NCBI GenBank assembly: GCA_973895155.1
Contig: OZ316893.1
Coordinates: 24,107,520 to 24,171,519 of the forward strand
Length of the DNA: 64,000 nucleotides
Source: Marsupella aquatica
Taxonomy: Eukaryota; Plantae; Marchantiophyta
Direction: 5' to 3'
In this document: positions 14,144-25,945 of the stretch, in pieces
Layout: each line of letters begins with the position of its first letter
Numbering within the stretch: the stretch's first letter is position 1
Notes under the pieces: model-generated
Seen by the model: the letters and a program-made list of their open reading frames with translations, nothing else
The model's database searches: none
Told to the model about the DNA's origin: nothing
Translations under genes and position numbers: made by a program

Positions 14144-14746
14144 AGTGGTTTTATAAAACACGGCTCGCACCACTGCAATGAGAGTGGTATAAGCAGTGCT
14201 TTAATTCTTGTCATCTCAAAGCACCTGATTATGAGTGGATTCTGAGTGGGTTCTTCAAGTTGCAAAGACCCAAGCTAAGAGGGCTGGCACATTGTATTTA
14301 TAATTTTAGAACATGGGGTGCCAATGGTAGGCTCATGATTTTTGGTTGTAGCCTTCCTCATTCCTCCAACTTAGCTCCATCACATTGCTCCTGAAGGACA
14401 GCTCTAACACAATGGCCTCCCAGTTTGAGCAAAACCACCCACCCCATCACACAAGAAATCAAAAGGTGCTAAGTTTTGGGGCACATAGAAGTTGAGCAAC
14501 TCCTTCCACCACCTTTAGCAACATCACTCCAAGAGTTTGTGGAATTGGAGAAATAGAGTTAGTGGGTGACCCTACCATGTACCACTGGTGAAACCACTCA
14601 GACCTCTTAGTGGTTTTATAAAACATGGCTCGCACCACTGCAATGAGAGTGGTATAAAGCAGTGCTTTAATTCTTGTCATCTCAAAGCACCTGATTATGA
14701 GTGGATTCTGAGTGGGTTCTTCGAGTTGCAAAGACCCAAGCTAAGA
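14144..14746. repeat. Internal direct duplication of about 137 bp (14144-14280 and 14609-14746)
   Basis: Near-identical AGTGGTTTTATAAAACA...GACCCAAGCTAAGA segments; they explain the two identical-start ORFs 14065-14265 and 14459-14731. Confidence 0.9.
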
Positions 14747-17021
14747 CGTGTGACATATTATTTTGACAATCTAATTTGAGTAGATGAGATGCAAATAGTG
14801 TATGTGTGCAAGTTTTTTGGTTATAACTAACAGCTGCATGCTTCTTCACTCCTCCACGTCAGCCCCTTAGTGATATTAAATTAATTCATTTTAAGCAAGA
14901 ACTAAAGATTGTCTCGCGCAAGACTAAGTGCCAAACGGATAACATTTAAATTAATTAATTTGTGGTAGAGTTGGGAGGTAGCAATGTCCAACCACCGTAT
15001 CAAACTACATTCTTTTTATTCAGATTTGTTCTATAGAGATTAATTGAGAAATATTTACTTTGGGTGTATATGCTTCTATGTCCCTAGTCTAAGGTAAGAA
15101 CCTTTGGATCAACGTAAGTTTGTGTGCCAGTTAAGCAGTTTAAACATACACTGTCTGCTTCTAGCATTGGTGTAGTCACTAGTGCTGCGCGTTAAGTTTA
15201 GTTCAAGAAGAGGAATTCTCGCTACGAGAAGACTTTGCCAGAATGCACTCCTTTGCCAGTTTTCCAGAATGCACTCCCCTTGCATTCCTTTTGAGTGAAT
15301 CCTGAAACGCGAGCAGAGGGGACGACACACACCCGCAAGCTATAAACCACAAGCGCAAGCTGCTGCCATAGGACTCTTGTTGAAATCGAGTACAGTTTTG
15401 TAGCATAGCGGATTTCCTATAGCGGTTCATCGGCATCAGTGAGTGAGCACGCGAGAGGAAGGGAGGTGGAAGGGAAGCAAGGAAGGGAGGGGGAAAGAAA
15501 ATCTGACTTCAAGAGTTCCGTCAAGGCGCAAGCGGCAGTTTTCTTTGGCACGGATCAATGCTTACTCGAAGCAATTCTTACTCGAAGCAATACGAAGGAC
15601 GGATTGACGTCAAGCTTACTCGAAGCAATTCTTTCAAATCTTAGTGATCACTCTGGCTCGGCACAAATGGAGGGCTCAATTTCTTGACAAAAGGTCAATC
15701 ACTCACCGCCCTTGCGAGCTGCGAGGCCGTCAACTTCCTAGTTCGCCACGCCCACAACCATCATCATCAGCTCTTCTCTTGAATGCTGTCACTACATTTC
15801 TCATTTCAAGAAGGCGGGCAATCGCAATAGGAAGCCACTGAGAAGTGATGACCTTCATTAGATGCGAATTGCACCTTAGCTAAGACAGTTTAGGGTTTGC
15901 AGATGGAATAATTTCATGGCTGTATGGGATGGTTGCAATTGGGAGGGACGGGTCACAGGGTGATTTCTCTTGCATATACAACGTGAGGCCAGGTCATAGG
16001 GTTGACAGTCTGGAAATTTGGAATATTTTTACAAGTGTTGTTTCTTACGAAGGAGGAATTTAATTTGGTCGCGCACAGGTAGGCTATAGGTAGGCTACGT
16101 AAGGGGATGAGTGTGAGGTTAAGACGATTGCTGGGAAACCTGGTGGAGGGCAGGCAGGAGGCCATTAGGATAGCAGAGAGGAACAAAAAGTTTGATTCAA
16201 GCTGCTGGAATTGTTGAGGCCGACATCCAACTTTCGTCCGCTTCCATGGAGAGGAAAGCGACAGGAAGACTTTGTATTCCCTATCTTTGTATCTGTCATC
16301 ATCTACTAGCTCTTTGTGTTCCTGGTTAGACTAGCTTGGTGGTCTCTCATACATTGCACGGTTTTGGAAGAAAGTGTGGTGGCGAGTGGCTGGACTATGT
16401 ACTTAATACTATCTCTCTGGTAAGTCTCATTATTTGTTCACCTATAATTAATTGGATCTATTGTCTGCTTACTCAGACAAGCGTTCAGTTTGTCAGTTTT
16501 GCCTTTCGTTCCTTGGCGACTCAACCTAGCTACTTCATATGCATTGTAATATCTCGTAGCACCTGTGTCCGTTACTATCCAGAGTTTGCAATTGAGTTGG
16601 GGAGAACCCCATTGCACTGTCAACAAGAAGATTGCAGTGATTTGTCGAGGGCAATCAGCCATTAGACTCTACTTTTATTAATTAGTTGGTCACAAATGTT
16701 ATTCTTCAGTTGTTATTTCAGCACGCCCGGCATGGTAGTATGTTGCTGATCAAAGCCCGATCGGACTGCATTGCAGAGTTTGCAGCTTCTCATTTGATTA
16801 AGAAAATAATGACCAATTGCAACAATTTAAGAAAAGCTGCTTTGAGCCGTTCATTGATGTTGTTGATGTCTTCACCACAAAGAAATCTGCAACAAGGTTT
16901 TGCCAAATTAAGATCATGCTTGTCGTTGAGGGGTCCACGTGCTTTCAGAGTCACTTTGTATTCTTCTATATCCCTTAGGGCTGATTGTTATACATTGAGT
17001 CACAACTAATTCACAATATTT

Positions 17022-17867
17022 TTGTGGCTTTCTCAGGTAAGTTTCCTCGCTAGGGTACATCATCGATCCTTTGCAAGCAAACGGGAGACTAAGCTAGTAA
17101 CTGAGTCCGCTTGCAGTATGGCAATAGAGGCAAAGTTGGAGGATGCATGGAGCACCTGTAGGCAAGCTTTTGGTGCAATTTTGTGGTCAGCTGTGGCCTT
17201 AGTTTGTGACGGCCTGTTTTGGTCTTGCCTTGGACTACTGAGCGAGTTTTTCCGCTTTTTGCATGAGCTGCTTGAGCGTCTCATTGCTGTTGCTCGTCCT
17301 CAACCAGAAGTTCCTGATTTCAGCCCTCAGTCTGTTGGTAATCTCACTGTTGTTGCTCGTCCTCAACCAGAAGGTCCTGATTTCAGCCCCCAGCCTGTTG
17401 AGAATCTCACTACTGTTGCTCGTCCTCAACCAGAAGGACATAGTTCCAGCCCTCATCCTGCTAAGAATCCAAAAGATGAGCATGGAGAGCAGCAATGGAT
17501 GCATCCTGTATATGAGCACCATAGCCAGCCAGCTCAAATTCCAGCTCAGCAACCGATAGTGAGAGAGCAACATCTACTGTATGAGCATGGGCAGGCAGCT
17601 CAAGTTTCAGGGCATGGCCAGCATCAGATTGATCCAAGCTTTGATGTATTATATTTTAGATGCAATCATCCCTCCTTGCATAGTAGGAAACGGTGGTATG
17701 CAGTGGGGAAAGGCCGGAATCCTGGTATCTATGAATGTTGGGAAGAAGCAGAGCGCGAAGTCTCAGGTTTTAGTGGCAATAAACACAAGTCTTTTAGGCT
17801 TATAGAAGAAGCAGAGAACTGGTTACTGGGTCATGTGCCGATAGAAGGTCTACATAGGAATTTATAA
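17022..17867 (+). CDS. Cargo ORF with C-terminal RNase H1 N-terminal / caulimoviral viroplasmin-type hybrid-binding domain
   Basis: KRWYAVGKGRNPGIYECWEEAEREVSGFSGNKHKSFRLIEEAENWL matches the YAV..GR.PGIY..W.E....V.GF.G..HKSF....EA..WL signature. Likely start ATG 17118. No RNase H catalytic domain follows. Confidence 0.85.
   Translation: MWLSQVSFLARVHHRSFASKRETKLVTESACSMAIEAKLEDAWSTCRQAFGAILWSAVALVCDGLFWSCLGLLSEFFRFLHELLERLIAVARPQPEVPDFSPQSVGNLTVVARPQPEGPDFSPQPVENLTTVARPQPEGHSSSPHPAKNPKDEHGEQQWMHPVYEHHSQPAQIPAQQPIVREQHLLYEHGQAAQVSGHGQHQIDPSFDVLYFRCNHPSLHSRKRWYAVGKGRNPGIYECWEEAEREVSGFSGNKHKSFRLIEEAENWLLGHVPIEGLHRNL
17284..17457 (+). repeat. 60-bp coding tandem repeat, about 3 copies
   Basis: TGTTGCTCGTCCTCAACCAGAAG recurs at 60-bp spacing and encodes VARPQPE repeats. 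Confidence 0.9.
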
Positions 17868-18613
17868 GAACTTTTGCGGATCTAACTTGGCAGTGTTGTT
17901 GCACTGCACATTGTAATACATTTTGTAAAATTAAAACAGTTTCAATGTTTATTTGTACTCACACGTTGTACAAGATGAAGTCTACTTATGGTTGAGTAAC
18001 CAGCAAACTCTCTTGCGATCCTTTGCAAGATTGTATTTCCACCAGAATATTTATACTCCCACCCGCAGAGCTTGCATTGTAGTAGTTCCGTGCTCATTAC
18101 CAACTGGCCCATGCAAATCCACATTTAACTGCGTAAAGAGCTTGCTACCCTGGTTGCTACTAAGAAATGATTTGTAGGCCAAATCAAACTACAAATGGTC
18201 CAACATATATTTGTTCAGCAAATATATAGCAGCTGCTCAAGATAGAAGTGTACAACTATATGTTCCTGACCAAGTCTTTTAATGGAAAACACTGATGTCT
18301 CAAGGTTTCTGTTGGGCCAGTCCTTTCTCACCGTTGTCCCATATAACTCTATGTGTCATAGTCATTAGCCACCGTCACCCAAACAACTACAAAACTACCT
18401 TAAACAACTAGAATCCTCTTCATCTCTAATTAGAGTAGTTTTTTAAATTGTCCTTAGTCACTCAAATAAAACAAATGAGTTATTCTTTCTATTGCAGTGG
18501 TAAACTTAGTTGCTTTTACAAGCCAGATACCACTCTTTGAAAACACAGTTGTTGGGATTGCTTAAGAGTTGTTTCCGACCAGGAGTAAAAAAGGACATAG
18601 TTGTAAAAACCCA

Positions 18614-18627
18614 ATTTCCTTCTAGTG
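18614..18627 (-). repeat. Right TIR of CACTA element 1
   Basis: ATTTCCTTCTAGTG followed by ACA. Confidence 0.95.
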
Positions 18628-18920
18628 ACATGTCACGACTGTTATATGTGATTCAAATGCATTAAATCTTGTTGCAGATCTCCTTTGGTGAATCATAGCC
18701 ACAAAATTGAGGTGTAGGTGGAGCTATTGTACTAGGGGATCAGTTTTCAGTGTGGGCTCAACAAACCAAAAAGTATGTCTACTCTGCACATGTGTGTGAA
18801 CATTTCATTGCAGTAGCAATTGCCACTCTAGTCTATATGCTACACTGTACTTTTTGTACACTGCTAAATTGTATTGTCTGTGCACTCTGCTAAATTGGAC
18901 TATCTATCTCATGCGTAGGC

Positions 18921-19599
18921 ATGGCACGCCCTAAAATCCGAGCCAAGAAGCGGGGGACAGAGGTGAGCAACATAGGTGTAGTTGGGCTAGATGGTAGTAA
19001 CTTCTCCGCAAGTCAGATTTTCCAGAAGGCAGCTCATTGTTGTGCCATTTGTGACGATGGTGGGGGCTTAGCCATATGTGAGGGCCCTTGCATGAGGTAT
19101 TTCCACCTCAACCCGAAGTCTGACCTTGCTGCAGAAAACAACTGTCCAGGGGTGGGCCTCCCGTCAGCACACCAAGGAGGCTGGATGTGCACTGATTGTT
19201 TGGAGAAGCAGGCTAAGTGTGCACAGTGTGGGAAGTTGGGGTCTTGAGGGCTCTGTTGATGCTCCACCACTTGTTAGGAAATGCCCTAATAGATATTGTG
19301 TGAGGTTCTTTTGTTTTTCATGTTTGCCCGATCTTGCCACAGCTTGCCCACTTCATAAGTGCAAGGCATGTGGTCAGCACGATGAAGATTTCTGGGTGGA
19401 CATAGTCCACTGTGTTAGGTGTCCCACCATGTGGCACTTTCATTGTTTGAAGGAGCATCAAGCAGAAGGCTATGCTTGTGACAGACACATCTATCATCAC
19501 TCTGCACATGGTGTTGATCGATGGATCTTCTATTGTCATCGCCATGCCATAGATCCTACTTTGCACACTCCCACGAGAGATCACATTTCTTGGTTTTGA
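18921..19599 (+). pseudogene. EDM2-like composite PHD-finger cassette (frameshift near 19245)
   Basis: CAICDDGGGLAICEGPCMRYFH...WMCTDC..KQAKCAQCGKLGS / CPLHKCKAC...CVRCPTMWHFHCL...IFYCHRHAIDPTLHTPTRDHISW is colinear with the PHD region of plant EDM2 as I recall it (CAICDNGG..CCEG.C.RSFH ... CPLHKC..C ... CRRCP..YH..CL ... LIYC..HEID..L.TP.RDH). Confidence 0.85.
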
Positions 19600-20195
19600 A
19601 CCTGAATAATGTACATGCATAGTGCACCTGATGTGGATACCTTGGAGATTGCAGACATTCCAATTTTGAGAAGAAGGACCTCTGTAGGAGAGGATGCTTA
19701 GGCAACAAGTACCCTAAGTTCATTACTTGTTCCTGGGTACATGCCTTAAAAAACTCCCCTTAAGCCTTCTAGGAACTGTTTTAACTCTACAATCATTTTG
19801 ATCATGACTTACATGACACTGCTTAAATTAAATCAGGACTTCTCATTATGAGCATATAAGTTACAAGGCTATTTAATTTGCGAGAATTCCCTTAAAGTGT
19901 ACCAACATTTTGTATTCTCATTGAATGTCTGCCCATTTACAACATCTGTATGTGGCATCACAAAACAATTGCACTTGTCACCTTCAATATTGTGAAGGCA
20001 CATATTCAAACTATGAGGTGCATGCTTGCAGGTGTCTAGTACGTTTGTCCCAATATTTCTCCCGTTTGGAATCGGAGCAGACTCACCAGACGACTGGACT
20101 GGACCAAGTTGTAAACGCAGCATTTTAAGGGCCCTCCGATTATCAGGTGAACGCATTATCTTCCGGTCTGCAGTGATTAGGTGGCCCGTGTGTAC

Positions 20196-21043
20196 ATGGC
20201 CTCTAGGAAACGTACAAAGGTTGACCACCCGCCTCTGTTGGCTGGAATCAAAGCCATTTTGATTCCTGGCCACTATGGGTTCACCCAAGTGAGTTGGCCA
20301 ATCGTACAAAAATGATTCTCAGAGTTCCATGGGACTGAAGTCAAGGACATCACTCCACAGACTACACATGTTGTTGCGGGGACATGGCTGGATGTGATGA
20401 ACAAGTGGTCATGGTCCTTCATTGATCTGCCATTACCAACCAAGGTCTAAAAGTAGTTGAAGTCTCTTGGCTGACCGATTCTGTTAAACATAGGTGTGTA
20501 CAGAGTACTGAGCAATATGAGTTGTGGGAGAGTGAGGAGGCCACTGCAGAGGCTTTGGCTGAAAAGGAAGCCTATGAAGCAGTGGCAGAGAAACCCAACT
20601 TTGCTTCTGTCCAATATGGACGTGTTGTCAACATAGGACACCATCCTATGCGTGCAGATGCTATATTGAATGAGCATGGCAAGGAGAGAAATACCATTAT
20701 GAAGGGGTTCAGTGTGGTATTTGCAGAAGAAGGAATTGGGGAGACTAAGTGCAGACTGTACAAGTCCATAGTTGTTGAGCTAGGTGGGACAGTGGAGGAG
20801 AGTCTAACAGAAACCTCCACTCATGTTGTAGGTTTGTCATACATGAAAATATGCAGAAAATTCTTTAAGACAATAGTGCGTCATTTTGTCATGAACAACA
20901 ATCTTTGGGTGCTTTCCCCTGATTGGCTTATGGAATCAGCAGATAGAGGGAAGCGACAGAATGCTTGGGACTTTGATATTTTTGAGGCCTGGCCCTCCAA
21001 GATTCAGCGGAGATGTATGCTTAGCAAAGGTGGGAGAGAGTGA
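20196..21043 (+). pseudogene. Tandem BRCT-domain protein
   Basis: From ATG 20196: LLAGIKAILI...GTEVKDITPQTTHVVAG...LKVVEVSWLTDSV..QYEL (BRCT 1; stop near 20313, frameshift near 20424), then MKGFSVVF...LGGTVEESLTETSTHVV...VLSPDWLMES..GKRQ (BRCT 2, ORF 20522-21043). Confidence 0.75.
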
Positions 21044-21275
21044 GGAGTAGGAGTCCCTCATATTTTTGTATAAATCACAATTTTGTAATAAATGTGATCC
21101 TTGAACTAACTCATCTTGTCATGGTTGGTCGCAGTTGAAGTGATTGTTGTTTCCTGCTGCGTGGGGTGTGATTGTGAATCTACTTGCTGGGCTCTGTTTG
21201 GCTGAAGACTTTGGTGGGTATGCTGCCTCTTCCAAACCGTCAGGCCCTATGTAGGGTCCTCCTACGGGTTGCATC

Positions 21276-21758
21276 GTGCATGGCTACTGCTTGGGCTTAC
21301 TTGTGTGGATTGGTAACCAGACAGAGTGTAGCTCCATCCGAGGTATGCCTGCAGACCTTGGATGTGTTGTGAATGCTGTGGTGAATGAGGATGCACAGTC
21401 CGAAGAGGACATTTACTTTTCAGCAGATGAGTTAGACAAGCACGATGTTGTAGGTGGTTCCTTGTTGCCTGATTTGGCAGATGATATAGTTCTTACACAT
21501 GTCTGGCCGAGGGTTCTTGTGGTGTCTGGCGCACAAGATATCTGCAAATATAGACTAATTAGTACGTACCCAGTGGAGGGACTTGGTAGCAACATGTGCA
21601 CCATGGAGGGCACTGCTGCCACTGCTTGTAGGCACGGATCGAAGACCACCATGGCATGAGCAGGGTTTAGACCTTGATGACTTAATGTACATGCCTGAGT
21701 ACCTCAGGGCTGAGTGGCATCGACAACAGGATTGGTATCCGTATTTGATGTGGTAGTA
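21276..21758 (+). pseudogene. F-box-like ORF (frameshifted; 3' end approximate)
   Basis: SLLPDLADDIVLTHVWPRV...ICKYRLIS resembles the LLPGLPDDI F-box start and the F-box-like genes at 43-44.7 kb. Confidence 0.55.
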
Positions 21759-22087
21759 AGATGAGGACATCTCACATCGGTCTCGCACCTGGCACCTGTG
21801 TCTATGACTATACATGATTGGACTCTGATATGGTCATGGATGTACGTGCAGAGGCAGTACATGTGAGGACAGCGGAGGAGTTGACACCCTCAAACATTTA
21901 GGAATTTTGTCTCATTCACTTGAGAATAGGTACATGACTCAGGCACCTATATTTTTTGTTTTTTTGTTTTTTTGGAACGTTATGCTACGTATTTTGGCAA
22001 GTACAGTCGGGGGTGAAATCCTTAACAGGAAGTGTATTTTTCACTTGCATAATAAAATGACAGGGTGCTGAGTGCGTGTGTATAGTG

Positions 22088-25000
22088 ATGGCTCCAAGGT
22101 TGCCTCTTCACAACCCATTTAGGATTAGGCATCATGATTCTAAATTGTGGATGCGTGAACAAGCCCGGGCCGCCCAAGGTAGGAGTAGGAGGATGAGATG
22201 CCCATGCACACAGTGCCAAGGATTCAAGTCGTTGAGTTTGAACACTGTGCACCTTCACCTGCTGCGGCATGAAAGGCACCCTCGGTGGAGGGTTTGGAAT
22301 GTACCAGCAGAAGAAGACTCCTCTGATGAAGAGTGGAGAGCTGACTTTGTGGATTCTAATACAGCTAGGCGTAGAGACTACGTAGAGCAGGACATAGACT
22401 GTGCAGAGGATGGTCCTGGGGTCCAACATGAGAACGTGGATGACCAAGATGGAGATGCAGAGGCAATCACTAAGGACGGTGGGATGGATGTCCCAAGAAT
22501 GGTTCAAGAGATTTTTGAAGACCTTGATGCTTTTTACGACACAGTGGAATCAGAAGAGGACAATGAACCACAGCCACACATTGGAGACGGCCAAGTTGAA
22601 CCTGACTTTGACATTGGGGAAGGTGCAGCAGAGAGGGAGTGGGTGTGCTTGCATTCCTATCTACGAGGGGTCAATTCAAACTGCTCCAAGCTGGGTTTTG
22701 TCGTGTTGTTGTTGAACATTTGTGGCAATCACAATGTTCCCAATATATTTGTGACAGAGTTGTTGACCTTCCTGCGCCGAAATGTGTTACCAGATGGTAA
22801 TTCAATTCCAAAAAATATGTACGAGGCTAGGAAATTGATGTCTAACCTTGGGCTGAACTATGTGTCTATTGACGCATGCCCTGATGGGTGTGTTCTCTTT
22901 TGCAAAGAGCATGCAGATAAATTGACATGCCCTCATTGTGGTAAGCACAGGTACAAGAATGTAGGGAAATGTACACACCCTGCCAAGGTTCTTCGTCATT
23001 TTCCTCTCATTCCTAGACTACAACGTCTGTTTAGATGCCCTGCCATTTCCAAGCTCATGACATGGACTCCTGATAACAAGAGCAGTGATGGCCTGCAGCG
23101 TCACATTGGAGATTCCAACCATTGGAAATTTGTTGATGAGAGGTGGCCACAGTTTGCTACAGAGAAGCGGAACTTTCGATTTGGTCTATCACTGGATGGA
23201 GTAAACCCATTTGGAGACAAAAACAACCGTTATTCATGTTGGCCGGTTACGCTGCTAAATTACAACCTTCCCCCATGGATGACTACAAAGAGGTTTTTTG
23301 TCATGATGGTGCTGTTAATCCCTGGACCAGCTTCTGTGACCGAGCAATTCATAGATATCATGTTGGCTCCAGCAATGGAAGAGTGGAAGACTTTGTGGAT
23401 AGAAGGGGTGTTAACCCATGATGTTCTGAAGGGGCTTCTTCGACCCAGCCCCTTTAGACTGCATGCAATTTGTTTGCTGGATATAGCAGATTACCCAGGC
23501 CATGGCATCATATATGGACAAGTGACAAAGGGCTATGTGGGGTGCACACCATGTGGGAAAAATGTGACAAGTGAGTGGTCGCATGCCCTGCACAGTATGA
23601 AATTTCAGGGGCATAGAAGGTATCTGCCTGTTGATCATCCTTACAGGCACAAACGGTCTCAAATTGCACACTTCAACAACAAAACAGAGCTTCGTGGCCC
23701 ACCACAGAGGGTCACCAGAGAGCAAGTCCTGAGGTGGGCAGCCAGGAAGGCTGATTTGGACAAGAGAAGTGCCACTGATCGAGAACCTGAGGATCCAGTG
23801 GTGAAACACGGTGTGAAAAGACAGACCTTGATGGACTTGGAGTTGGAGTACTGGAGGGTAATGTACTTAGCCTCCAGCCCCTGTATGATTGCAATTTTAG
23901 ATTGGAGCAATGGTGGATTGATGTTGGTTACAATCCTCCTATGTGGTTAATTAGTGTTTTTGTTGTTGAATTCTTTGCTTTGTGGAGTGCAAGAATTCGA
24001 GCCCAGCAAACACAATGTGGACGTCATGCACATTGAGAAAAATATTTGTGAGAGCTTGCTGAAGTTCTTGTCGGGTGAGAAAGATATAGGAGCAGTTTGA
24101 GCTGATATGCAACAGAAGGGGATTCGCCCTCACCTTTGGTTGAAGCCCCATGCAAGCAATCCCAATATACTTCTCAAGTTCCAAGCTCCCTATGTGTGCA
24201 CACAAGAAGAATGGAAGACATTCTTGTATAGATTGAGCTGTCTGAAAGTGCCCTCTGGCTATGCTGGTGCCTTCAAGAAGCATATTACAAAGAATAAACT
24301 TGGCAGTATGAAAACACATGACTACCATGTGTTGATGCAGCACATTCTGCCCCTATGCCTCAGAGGTCTCATGCAGAAACCAGTCCGTAATGTCATTCTT
24401 CGACTGTGCAATGTATTTCGCCGTATATGTGTGAAAGTGTGGGATCCCCAAGGATTGGAGCAGTTGAAGCAGGATGCTGCTTATGTCCTTTGTGACTTGG
24501 AGATATACTTCCCCCCCTGCTTTCTTTGATGTTATGACTCATCTCCTAATCCATGTGGTAGAAGAGCTAGGGCAGTATGGGCCAGTCAGTACCAGATGGA
24601 TGTACCCTATGGAGTGATACATGAAGTTGTTGAAAGGTCATGTGAGAACATACTACAGGCCAGAGGCTTCCATGGCATTGGGGTACATTAAGGATGAGAC
24701 GTTGGGATTCCTAATAGAGTACATGGCTGGGTCTGGTGAAGCTATGACAAGAGTTTGGAAATCTGGTGAAGATGATGGAGTGAGTGGCGAGGTTGTTGAA
24801 GGTGTGGGACGTGCTGTTCAGCTGCCTATTGCGATTCGAGACAAGGCTCATTCATATGTGCTGGAAAACATAGAGCCTATGCAACCATGGTGGAGGTGAG
24901 TGATTGAATTGACTTGCCTTTGTTGTGATGCTTCTTGTCTGTTCCAAGGGTGATCTTAGGTTGTCATGTGTTGTTTAGACCTAACTATGCCTGTACCTCA

Positions 25001-25768
25001 TATTGCAGGGAATATGATATGCAAAAAGCTGCACACTCTGGGCAGCAGGATCCCTTCCCACAGTTCGAGCAGTGGATTTGGGTGACAATTCGAGAGCATA
25101 GTAGACATCACCCAGATATGGAGAAGGATTTGTATCTTCTATCTGTGCCACCACGATTGTCTATTCTGACCTACAAACGGATGAGAGCTTATGGAAATCA
25201 TTATCGAGTGAGGGATGAGCAGGGTGACCATTGTGTATCATATGATTGTGGTTTGATTTCTGTGTTTGAGCAGAGAACCTCTGAAGAACAGAGAGGGTGG
25301 ATGAAGATGGGTTACGTGGGGGAGTTGACCGACATTTGGGTGTTGAATTATGGTAACACAAGTGTCCCAATGATATTGATGAAGGGATCATGGGTGAAAT
25401 CAGAGTGGCAGAGACCAAGGGCCACCATGAAGCATGATCATGATGGGTTCTTGTTGGCCAATTTTAGGTCCAGAGTACCAGAATGGTCTGAGCCTTTTGT
25501 TTTCCCTAGCCAAGTTGAACAGGCTTTCTTTGCAGATGTGGAGGAGTCACATGGCTGGAGGGTGGTATGCCATAGCCAAGCACGGAATAGGCGGATGGAT
25601 GGAAGTAAAGTAGAGTTCAGTTTGGATGACCATGCTGCATTCGAGCATCCTAGTCATGAGACTGTACTTCCAACTCGGGCAGGGACTGACTACATCCCCT
25701 TAACATTGAGAGAGACATATGATGAACCTGGGCAAATGGAATATGATGAGGTTGATGATTTGCAATAG
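22088..25768 (+). pseudogene. CACTA TnpD/TNP2-like transposase of element 2, 3 exons
   Basis: CPCTQC, IDACPDGC, LRHFPLIPRL, GLSLDGVNPF, DYPG, DVMHIEKN, MKTHDYH, EQAFF. Introns start at 23858 and about 24896. Frameshift at the C-run near 24515 and in-frame TGA near 24616 (RWMYPME*Y). Clear paralogue of the element-1 transposase. Confidence 0.92.
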
Positions 25769-25945
25769 GCAACAGCTGGCGATTGGCAAGTATGAGGTTG
25801 AGGATGACTACCTGCACAGAGTCACAGAACGGGAATTGCTGCCTGGAATGATGTTTAGGATAGTTGGATATGCATGAAATTGATTGATACTTTGAATTTA
25901 GTGTGCTGATTCTCCCTATTTGGTTGTGGGTGCTATGCAGAAGCT

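Larger units (their letters stand above)
2838..18627 (-). mobile_element. Complete CACTA (En/Spm) DNA transposon, 15.8 kb (element 1)
   Basis: Left end CACTAGAAGGAAAT (2838-2851) and right end ATTTCCTTCTAGTG (18614-18627) are perfect 14-bp inverted repeats. ACA flanks both ends (2835-2837, 18628-18630), giving a 3-bp TSD. Contains TnpD-like and TnpA-like genes on the minus strand. Confidence 0.95.
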
